From a virus, in the IMG/VR virus record IMGVR_UViG_3300045988_021851, positions 1 to 55,554 of that record: 55,554 bases of DNA; one strand, 5' to 3'. The position numbers and the translations under genes were made by a program. Of this stretch, positions 48,930-55,554 are shown piece by piece. The notes beneath the pieces were generated by a model. It searched no databases and was not told where the DNA came from. It worked only from the letters and a program-made list of their open reading frames with translations. Position 1 is the stretch's first letter, and the number at the start of each line of letters is the position of its first letter.

Positions 48930-49652
48930 TCACACTCCTTCCGGTTTTTCACGCCGCTCAAATTCGATAACCCAAACCCACGGATTTGCATCCCAACCGT
49001 AGCGGTCAAGGTCGGATTTTTTGATGGTGGAGTTCCAAAGTTTTTCCCATTCCATCATCACTTCATCACATTGACTGCACTGTTCTTCTGTCCCATAACA
49101 GCACTGCGAACCGCTTTCTCCGTATGTATTAAGACAATCCCAACAATCAGGATAAGCTCCCTCTTTTATCACATCAACCGGCTTCATCTCCTGCAACCGC
49201 CCCACTCTCACATCTGTTACCTTAAGCCAGATACGTGCGGCCTCTTTCGGCATGTATATGGACGGATGGTATATCAGTTTTGATGATTCATTAAATGTAG
49301 GCAAGTCTGCCAGCTTATCATCAGCCCTGTAAATATATGTTCCATCTTCATATCCTTCGCCATATGTTTCTCTCACGTACAGTATATCGTCCGTGTGATA
49401 TGGCGGATTCCATCGTTTGCTTAATTCCTCATCCTTTATATTTTCCGGAAGCTTATATTCTTCGCCCCAAAGTTTGTGTGCTCCCCTGTTTGGATATGTC
49501 CATTTCCCTATACAATCATTGTGGCTTCCTGCGTATGTATAACATAATCTTGTTTTTGGTTGTGGCTTTACAACTCTCCTAGTACAACCTTCTCTTCCGT
49601 CCAGAATTGCCCTGACCATCTCCGTATTAAGTAAAATCGGTTTAATTGCCAT
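48930..49652 (-). CDS. ASCH-like domain protein (240 aa)
   Basis: KPILLNTEMVRAILDGREGCTRRV..ILYVRE..HPSIYMPKEAARIWLKVTDVRVGRLQEM..WVWVIEFE. Confidence 0.5.
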   Translation of the reverse strand: MAIKPILLNTEMVRAILDGREGCTRRVVKPQPKTRLCYTYAGSHNDCIGKWTYPNRGAHKLWGEEYKLPENIKDEELSKRWNPPYHTDDILYVRETYGEGYEDGTYIYRADDKLADLPTFNESSKLIYHPSIYMPKEAARIWLKVTDVRVGRLQEMKPVDVIKEGAYPDCWDCLNTYGESGSQCCYGTEEQCSQCDEVMMEWEKLWNSTIKKSDLDRYGWDANPWVWVIEFERREKPEGV

Positions 49653-49656
49653 TTAC

Positions 49657-49806
49657 TCACCTCCATCTAAAATGAAATACTGCAAAATGAATCTGAATGT
49701 TGAAATTTTTATCAATCATTTCATGCTGTGTGCTTATCCTAATTGTAGGGAGAATATATACATCTTGCATATCAACCATAAAGTCAAATCTGTCAAAATT
49801 AACCAT
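49657..49806 (-). CDS. hypothetical small protein (49 aa)
   Basis: My own translation MVNFDRFDFMVDMQDVYILPTIRISTQHEMIDKNFNIQIHFAVFHFRWR. Confidence 0.25.
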   Translation of the reverse strand: MVNFDRFDFMVDMQDVYILPTIRISTQHEMIDKNFNIQIHFAVFHFRWR

Positions 49807-50056
49807 CTACTCCACCGCCTTCCACGATTTTAATTGCGTCTGCAAGCTCCACTACTGGCATTGTTCCAAGTCTTTCTGCTTCATCTGCATTGCTGTATTC
49901 TTCCAACTGTTCCACAACCTTGTCCGGGTCATAGGCGGTCGGCTGCGCATCTATCACGCTCGCCAATGTTGCCAAACTTACTCTCCTAAAATCATCATCA
50001 GATTTACTCGCACGCATGCAATATTCTTTTAGTGCATCTGCATCAATCAGTCCCAT
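49799..50056 (-). CDS. hypothetical protein (85 aa)
   Basis: ORF track. Confidence 0.55.
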   Translation of the reverse strand: MGLIDADALKEYCMRASKSDDDFRRVSLATLASVIDAQPTAYDPDKVVEQLEEYSNADEAERLGTMPVVELADAIKIVEGGGVDG

Positions 50057-50214
50057 CGTTTTTTATCTCCTTTTTTCAAATAATCAAAAATCTCATGTCC
50101 AATCATTGCTACAACTGACAGAACGCAAAAAAGATTGACTCCAAATTTTGTTAGAATATCTAACCTAATGGCTATAAGTATTAGTAGAAAGAAATTTATG
50201 TACAATTGAAACAT
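50047..50214 (-). CDS. small membrane protein (55 aa)
   Basis: My own translation MFQLYINFFLLILIAIRLDILTKFGVNLFCVLSVVAMIGHEIFDYLKKGDKKRWD; TGATG overlap. Confidence 0.4.
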   Translation of the reverse strand: MFQLYINFFLLILIAIRLDILTKFGVNLFCVLSVVAMIGHEIFDYLKKGDKKRWD

Positions 50215-50591
50215 CATTCTTCATCACTCCAATCAAATTTACAACCGCACTTACTACAGTAATTTGGCGCATTGTTGTTATTCATTATTCCTATGTCGTG
50301 ACTGACTTTGATTGTGTTTCCACATTCACAATGGAATACAGAAAGAGTATCGCTAAGGTTATGACTAAATATAGGCTTCTTCGCCGTCTGCTTAACCGCC
50401 GCCGCCCGACATTCTTCTGGCGTGCCGATTGCGCGGTACTTCTGAACCTCTTCCAGTGCCTTAATCGCTAATCTAGCAGCTTTCGCAACTCTGCATTCCC
50501 CATATTCACAATTAAACGGGCTGTATGTGCCTTGTGAGCATTCATAACAACTATCTTTCTTTAATATCTTAATTGCTTCATTCTCCGTCAT
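50214..50591 (-). CDS. Cys-rich protein (125 aa)
   Basis: ORF track; several CxxC/CxC clusters. Confidence 0.55.
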   Translation of the reverse strand: MTENEAIKILKKDSCYECSQGTYSPFNCEYGECRVAKAARLAIKALEEVQKYRAIGTPEECRAAAVKQTAKKPIFSHNLSDTLSVFHCECGNTIKVSHDIGIMNNNNAPNYCSKCGCKFDWSDEE

Positions 50592-50593
50592 GC

Positions 50594-51055
50594 CTACACC
50601 TCCAACAATTCCGGATTGTCAAAGATGTTGCCGATAACCTCTACTGTGTTTACCGAATCATCCTCATCATTAAAATTCCAATAGATTTCCCACAATGATA
50701 TATAATTATCATTTTCGCAAACATATAAACGATTATCGCAACCGGTTATTGGCTTAATATTTGCTTCTATTCCATTCCAATCTATAGGTGTTTTATATGC
50801 AATGCCAAAACTGCCACATTCAAATACGACAGTCCCTTTATGCCCTAAGAAGTCAACAATATCATTCTCCCAGATCAGTTTGCCGTTCTTGTCTTTTAAG
50901 CCTGTGCATTGGCAGATTGTATCTGGTCTTACTTCATATGCAAATGGTGAGCCTGCATTGTTTATATACCATTTATTATCTTTGCAACGTAAAAATCCTA
51001 TAGTCCAATATCCATTACCGGTTTTTGCCTTGAATAAGTATCTATCTTCCATCAT
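50594..51055 (-). CDS. YopX-like protein
   Basis: ..CTGLKDKNGKLIWENDIV.. and C-terminal EVIGNIFDNPELLE, characteristic of YopX-type proteins. Confidence 0.6.
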   Translation of the reverse strand: MMEDRYLFKAKTGNGYWTIGFLRCKDNKWYINNAGSPFAYEVRPDTICQCTGLKDKNGKLIWENDIVDFLGHKGTVVFECGSFGIAYKTPIDWNGIEANIKPITGCDNRLYVCENDNYISLWEIYWNFNDEDDSVNTVEVIGNIFDNPELLEV

Positions 51056-51167
51056 TTTTCCTTTCGTTCATCTTTTTCAGTTCTTCGCTGATATCTTTTA
51101 GGTCGCAATCAATATTAACCAGCCGACCCCATATAAATAAGGTTGATAATGCAAGCAAAACTCCCAT
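51042..51167 (-). CDS. hypothetical small protein (41 aa)
   Basis: My own translation MGVLLALSTLFIWGRLVNIDCDLKDISEELKKMNERKNDGR. Confidence 0.25.
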   Translation of the reverse strand: MGVLLALSTLFIWGRLVNIDCDLKDISEELKKMNERKNDGR

Positions 51168-51169
51168 TT

Positions 51170-51565
51170 CTACACATCCTCTCTTTCTGCTAGCTTTGCC
51201 ATTTCCCAATCGATTATATTGTCACTCCCGTATGCACTCCAAGATGTTGCTCCGTATCCCCATGCGTACACTATTCCGTTCTCGTATTTTGCAAAATATC
51301 TTTTTTTCCACGCATTTTTTTCACTATTTCTTACTAAAATCGGCGTATCGACTGCAACCTTACTCCAATCAACAGGTGGCTCGATATATTCGCTGTTCGC
51401 CCATTTCAGTATTTTTTCATTACAATCTGAATAACCGAAATCACAATCTTTGCAAAGAAGATTGTCACAAAAAGTCATTTTCCCGTTGCGAACTGCAATT
51501 TTATCTCCCTTACACGCAATATCTAAAATTTCTTTTGCGTATTTCTCTCTGTTCAGCATATTCAC
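51170..51565 (-). CDS. hypothetical protein (131 aa)
   Basis: ORF track. Confidence 0.55.
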   Translation of the reverse strand: MNMLNREKYAKEILDIACKGDKIAVRNGKMTFCDNLLCKDCDFGYSDCNEKILKWANSEYIEPPVDWSKVAVDTPILVRNSEKNAWKKRYFAKYENGIVYAWGYGATSWSAYGSDNIIDWEMAKLAEREDV

Positions 51566-52161
51566 ACCTCCAAATCACATACAAACTTAATCTCATCAGC
51601 TAACGTTTCAGCTATCATAGGAACCGTCAACTGAAACTGCTTATAATTAGCTAACGTATCAATATAATCAATAGACTTGTCCGTGAACTGCTGTAACTGC
51701 TTCACAGACAGCTTAAATTCCTTTTTCAGAATCGTAAGCGTGAGTGCAAAATAGTTAAACAATGACGCGCTGGAAAGTCTGTAGGCTTCTCGCTCGATGC
51801 AGAATCCTTTCTTTGCGTACAAGATCATAAGCTGTCTTTGCGGCACACTTCTCACTTTCTCTTGAACGTCAATTTCATATTTCTGTTTCATCATTGCGGA
51901 TAAATCTCTCCCATTCTCACCACCGGCAGACGCGACATCTAAATACTGTTTCAATAATTTCTGCAATCGCACAATGCGTTTCTGCCCGAATCCGAATTTG
52001 TCGTGCAGGATAATATAGCCGATCACGACGAACTCTTTGTATGATCTTGTGATAACCGCATCAGAATTTCGCTTTTCGAAGCTATTTCTGCCAATAATCT
52101 TCGTGTCCTGCTTTGTAAAAAACAGATTTTTATTACTTTTTCTCTTTAATGCATTGCTCAT
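51562..52161 (-). CDS. hypothetical protein (199 aa)
   Basis: Start MSNALKRK in an ATGA overlap with the upstream stop. Confidence 0.55.
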   Translation of the reverse strand: MSNALKRKSNKNLFFTKQDTKIIGRNSFEKRNSDAVITRSYKEFVVIGYIILHDKFGFGQKRIVRLQKLLKQYLDVASAGGENGRDLSAMMKQKYEIDVQEKVRSVPQRQLMILYAKKGFCIEREAYRLSSASLFNYFALTLTILKKEFKLSVKQLQQFTDKSIDYIDTLANYKQFQLTVPMIAETLADEIKFVCDLEV

Positions 52162-52430
52162 ACCTGCGAATACCTCCGATTCAGATTTTCCCACTGCTTG
52201 TACGTCTTTTTCGTAAATGGGTAAATTTTTGATTTCCGAAAGACTCTTTCGCACCGATCGTCAAGTATTTGAGCATACCAGTTTTTGTATGTTTTATCTT
52301 TGGAGTTTGCAACTTGACCGATTTGAATATGTCTTGGCAACCCGATCACCATTCTTACCTCGTTGCTTTTCACCCGGTTGTATACTTGCCCTGTTTTGAG
52401 ATTAACAATCTCATACAATCTTTGTTCCGA
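52158..52430 (-). CDS. hypothetical protein (90 aa)
   Basis: Start MSEQRLYEIV after GAAAGGG. Confidence 0.5.
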   Translation of the reverse strand, partial: SEQRLYEIVNLKTGQVYNRVKSNEVRMVIGLPRHIQIGQVANSKDKTYKNWYAQILDDRCERVFRKSKIYPFTKKTYKQWENLNRRYSQV

Positions 52431-52668
52431 CATTTTTACCCTTTCTGTATGTAATTTCCAACCATGCAAAATGACTTAATACAAGCTGTCTTGCACGTTC
52501 CTCGATTTCCATACCTTTGTACTTGTTTATCAGTTTTTCTCCGGCTTTCATCACTTCCTGCCACCATGCATCGTCATTATCAGGCGCGTAGTAGTCTTGG
52601 ATAAACTTCCAATAATCCATGAATACTTGCCATTCTTCCGAACCTTTTTCGATTTTTGCACTTGCCAT
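52411..52668 (-). CDS. hypothetical protein (85 aa)
   Basis: ORF track. Confidence 0.55.
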   Translation of the reverse strand: MASAKIEKGSEEWQVFMDYWKFIQDYYAPDNDDAWWQEVMKAGEKLINKYKGMEIEERARQLVLSHFAWLEITYRKGKNVGTKIV

Positions 52669-52677
52669 ATCGCACCT

Positions 52678-54000
52678 CTAAAATGGGCAATTGCCATTGT
52701 ATGGCTTGAATCCGTCCCCACGTTCTTTCTTTTTTATTTCCGCAACAACATCATCAAATGGCTTGTCGATTTCAACAAACTTCATGTGATCTCCGTCAAA
52801 TTCCATTGCTTCACGCATTGTCATTCCCTGTCTGTTCTTCTCGATTTTTACGCCCTTGGCTCCCTTGTCATTGTCTGACAGATTCCACAGCATAATTATG
52901 TTTGACGCATCCTGTTCGATTGCCCCGGATTCCCTCAACTCTGCCATGGTAGGCTCTTTTGTTTCTCTGCTTTCGGAAGCTCTTGTTATCTGTGAAAGTG
53001 CTATCACATGTGTATTTAAGTCTCTTGCAACCGATTTTAAACCTCTTGAAATTGATGCTACTTCTTCATTTCTTCCGGAATATCTGTTATCCGGCATAAG
53101 CAATTGCAGATAGTCAACAACGATAACATCAAAGCTTTGGTGTATGCATTCTGACTTTATCTCTCTCGGAGATACAGTCCCGGATGCAATCCATAATTGA
53201 TAATTACTCATTTCTTCATTTGCTTGGTTAAATTTTTCCTGTTCATCACCAAGAAACGCTTTTGCCCTTCTGATTCTCGTTAAGCCGATTTCCGCAAGCC
53301 TTGAAATAAATCGCTCATACACCTGTTTATCGATCATCTCCAAGTTGAAATATGCGACTTTAAGTCCTTTTTTTGCCATATTCCCAATAATCTGCGTTGT
53401 GAGTGCTGATTTTCCAACTGCCGGTCTTGCGGCAATTACTGTTACGTCACCGCGTTCAAGATCTCCAAGTGCATCATCAAGTTGCGATAACCCGATTTTT
53501 ATACCACCCTCTCCAACACTTTCGTTGAAATATTTGTCTTTATTCTCAGCTGCAATCTGCTTCATTGGTTTTAGCTTTACTTCTTTTCCCTCTTGCAAAT
53601 GTTCAAGTCTTGTAAGAAGATCGCTGATTGTATCATCAATGTCGCATGGTTTTAAACTGGATTTCTGGTACATTTCCCGAACCATTCTCGCCTTGTATTC
53701 TTTCGCAACCGCATCGGCATAACTTTTAACCATAGTTGAAGTGATTGTTCCCGAAATACAGGATTTCATCAATTCGCTAATCTGCTCCTGTGTGTATTTG
53801 TGATTTTCAAGCGCCATTGATAACGACATTGGGTCAATGCTTTCATTTCGGTCATACATGGCAAGCATTTCTTTGTATGTGTCCTGTGCAAAATCCGAAC
53901 TAAACATTTCCGGCTTCAGCGTTCGCCAGATGCTATTTAGCACATCATTGTCAATCAATATGCACCCTATTACTCCGAATTCTGCTTCTGTCAACTGCAA
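52678..54000 (-). CDS. dnaB: replicative DNA helicase (DnaB family)
   Basis: Walker A ARPAVGKSAL, Walker B VIVVDYLQL, LSQITR, LRESGAIEQDA. Confidence 0.9.
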   Translation of the reverse strand: MQLTEAEFGVIGCILIDNDVLNSIWRTLKPEMFSSDFAQDTYKEMLAMYDRNESIDPMSLSMALENHKYTQEQISELMKSCISGTITSTMVKSYADAVAKEYKARMVREMYQKSSLKPCDIDDTISDLLTRLEHLQEGKEVKLKPMKQIAAENKDKYFNESVGEGGIKIGLSQLDDALGDLERGDVTVIAARPAVGKSALTTQIIGNMAKKGLKVAYFNLEMIDKQVYERFISRLAEIGLTRIRRAKAFLGDEQEKFNQANEEMSNYQLWIASGTVSPREIKSECIHQSFDVIVVDYLQLLMPDNRYSGRNEEVASISRGLKSVARDLNTHVIALSQITRASESRETKEPTMAELRESGAIEQDASNIIMLWNLSDNDKGAKGVKIEKNRQGMTMREAMEFDGDHMKFVEIDKPFDDVVAEIKKKERGDGFKPYNGNCPF

Positions 54001-54794
54001 TCACCTCGTTTCTCCGCAATCTGCAGCCAATAATCGCAATCATTTTTCAACCAATCAACATATTTGGGGATGTACCGAAAATCCGTATCGTCTGGGTTCT
54101 TTTCTTGATAGTCACTCAAATATGCTTCTGTGGCTTTGTATAACAGCCGTGCAATGTCCGGTTGGTTCTCTTCGATAACTTCTAGCACTTTATCCATCCA
54201 AGCTGTTTTAGAGGTACTGTACGCTGTTTTCTTGGGGTATATATCAAAAGTCTTTTTCCAAGCATCGTCAAAATCAAATGGCTCTTTAGAATCGGTCGAC
54301 AGCGAATTTTCTTTTATATTTTCTTTCTCTTTATCTTCTTCTTTTTCTTCTTCTTTATCTGAAACAGCGACGTCAGACGATTTATCGGGCGATTTTTGCT
54401 CAATTAGGTTCTTCTGCTTCTTTCTTCGGTTCTGCTGATATAGCCTGTCACGTTCCTTTTTCTTCTCATAAGCGTCAAGCGTTTGATGCTTATTCCAATT
54501 AGGAATCGTTATCACATTGTCAACGACCTCAATCATCCCAAATTCTTCAAATGTCTTAAGCGCAAGCCTTACCGTGTTCAAATCTCTGCGGAAAATGGTG
54601 GCAAGCATTTCATCCGTGAACGGTAACTTGTTGCTCATCATAAACACACCGTTGTTATTCTGTTTTCCGGCAAGAATAAGAAGTTTGAACCAAATCGTAA
54701 TGATGCTATCCGCACTCGGCATACTCTCAATCAGCAGAATCTTTTCATCGTCAAAAACATCTGTCGTGATTTTAATCCACTTGACTTCTGCCAT
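53991..54794 (-). CDS. phage replisome organiser (N-terminal domain type)
   Basis: MAEVKWIKITTDVFDDEKILLIESMPSADSIITIWFKLLILAGKQNNNG..; acidic/Lys-rich linker containing the iteron box. Confidence 0.65.
   Translation of the reverse strand: MAEVKWIKITTDVFDDEKILLIESMPSADSIITIWFKLLILAGKQNNNGVFMMSNKLPFTDEMLATIFRRDLNTVRLALKTFEEFGMIEVVDNVITIPNWNKHQTLDAYEKKKERDRLYQQNRRKKQKNLIEQKSPDKSSDVAVSDKEEEKEEDKEKENIKENSLSTDSKEPFDFDDAWKKTFDIYPKKTAYSTSKTAWMDKVLEVIEENQPDIARLLYKATEAYLSDYQEKNPDDTDFRYIPKYVDWLKNDCDYWLQIAEKRGDCS
54366..54382. repeat. 17-mer AGCGACGTCAGACGATT, second copy of the iteron box at 35096-35112
   Basis: Exact 17/17 match read in both places; lies in the low-complexity linker of the replisome-organiser gene. 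Confidence 0.9.
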
Positions 54795-55400
54795 TTAATC
54801 ACTCTCCTCATATGTATTTTCAGAAATCAAAGTCATAAACTTCTCATACTGTTTTTCAGAAACTTTGTTGCCCTGTTTCTCCGGCTTTAAACGGATTTCA
54901 AGGTGCTTTTCAGCGATATGCGATAATTCCTTGGCAAGACTCTTTTTGCCTTGCTTAATTCCGTCATAATAGCCTTTTGCCGGACGGTAATCATCAATCT
55001 TGGCTTTACCCTCTCCCTGTGAACCGCTTGTTTTATTGCGAAGCTGATAGCCATTATTTGCACAAAATTTGATATAATACTGCTCACGCTCATCAAGTTT
55101 ATCTATCGGACAGTGTACTGATGTTACATTCCATCCATACGGATTATCCTCTGAATACAGTCCGTGAGACTTCAAGCTAAGGTCTATGTGCTGATACCCA
55201 GAAAGGTGTTGCGACAATCTGGTTAAAATACGCTTTGCCTGCCCCACATAGGCATATCTAAACCCATTTTCATCCTGCCTTGTCAAAATATAAATTCCGC
55301 TTGATTCATCAAGCCTTGGATTCAATGCAAGCCATTTCTGCTTGTTTTTAGCTTCGATGGCTTTTGCCTGTCTAAATTTCTTATAATCCAACTCATTCAC
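54795..55400 (-). CDS. GIY-YIG family nuclease
   Basis: SGIYILTRQDENGFRYAYVGQAKRILTRLSQH .. EREQYYIKF .. NGYQLRN; GTG start overlapping the upstream TGA. Confidence 0.7.
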   Translation of the reverse strand: MNELDYKKFRQAKAIEAKNKQKWLALNPRLDESSGIYILTRQDENGFRYAYVGQAKRILTRLSQHLSGYQHIDLSLKSHGLYSEDNPYGWNVTSVHCPIDKLDEREQYYIKFCANNGYQLRNKTSGSQGEGKAKIDDYRPAKGYYDGIKQGKKSLAKELSHIAEKHLEIRLKPEKQGNKVSEKQYEKFMTLISENTYEESD

Positions 55401-55554
55401 TTCCTCCCCAATGGCTCCATGCTCATTTGAGCCACAAACTTTCCGTAACTCATGCCAGAAGCGCGCGCCATATGATTCACAGCCTTGATTGCATCATCCT
55501 TTTTCTTTGGCTTTCTCAATCGTTCTTTAACTTCATTGCCGATGCAGTCTTGGC
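55397..55554 (-). CDS. 3' portion of the junction-spanning zinc-ribbon ORF (see 1..246)
   Basis: ..AIKAVNHMARASGMSYGKFVAQMSMEPLGRK, then TGA at 55397-55399. Confidence 0.6.
   Translation of the reverse strand, partial: QDCIGNEVKERLRKPKKKDDAIKAVNHMARASGMSYGKFVAQMSMEPLGRK
55478..55554. repeat. terminal overlap, second copy of bases 1-77
   Basis: Exact identity with 1-77. Confidence 0.95.

Noticed and set aside
1-55554. Genome-wide stop-codon recoding suggested by the UCA-centred tRNA
   Set aside because: Long conserved genes are uninterrupted under the standard code: tape measure 1202 aa, terL 582 aa, portal 478 aa, DnaB 440 aa. The one interrupted gene (MBL) is explained by a frameshift, and reading through its TAG still hits a TAA six codons later.

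Overview
The window is a complete phage genome contig. Unique length is 55,477 bp, and the first 77 bp recur at the end. It looks like a temperate, siphovirus-type tailed phage of a low-GC Gram-positive host (AT-rich by eye, GGAGG-type RBSs). About 90% of genes are on the - strand.

Gene order, reading the - strand from the right end:
- Replication and early genes: GIY-YIG nuclease, replisome organiser, DnaB helicase, YopX-like, ASCH-like, many small Cys-rich ORFs.
- C5-cytosine methyltransferase, a sigma-region-4/LuxR-like HTH, and a tyrosine integrase with an attP-like site (45.0-45.2 kb).
- An accessory arm (35.3-44.9 kb): low-complexity unknown proteins, an XRE/Rha/HExxH-peptidase module, a + strand cassette, RHH-controlled duplicated promoters, acidic small proteins, an AP2-domain protein.
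- terS (34.2-34.9 kb), separated from terL (29.0-30.8 kb) by small Zn-ribbon genes and a cluster of 4 tRNAs plus one aberrant tRNA-like RNA.
- Portal, scaffold, capsid, connector, tail, tape-measure and tail-fibre module (8.5-28.3 kb), with a holin and a peptidoglycan hydrolase embedded in it.
- XRE repressor with divergent promoters (7.1-8.2 kb).
- Recombination module: SSB-like, SbcC/Rad50-like ATPase, RecT-like, and a frameshifted MBL-fold gene.

Most notable non-routine signals:
1. Two tandem promoter-driven hairpin units, each ending in GGATTGAAAC/T, the 3' handle of type I-C CRISPR repeats (35.31-35.60 kb). This is a candidate RNA anti-CRISPR or solitary repeat unit.
2. A 0.85-kb segment bounded by 19-bp inverted repeats whose inversion would swap the tail-fibre C-terminus in frame (9.04-9.89 kb). 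I recognised no invertase gene.
3. A 128-nt tRNA-like RNA whose anticodon arm is replaced by a branched domain, and a tRNA with a non-canonical anticodon loop centred on UCA.
4. An RHH gene flanked by 52-bp perfect repeats that each carry a consensus promoter, controlling an acidic protein (acr/aca-like layout).
5. A 17-nt iteron box shared between an intergenic iteron/AT-rich region and the replisome-organiser gene (two candidate origins).
6. Terminator hairpins placed directly in front of terL, the portal operon and a Bro-type antirepressor.

All functional calls come from motifs read in the supplied translations, gene order and sequence signals. No database search or folding program was available.
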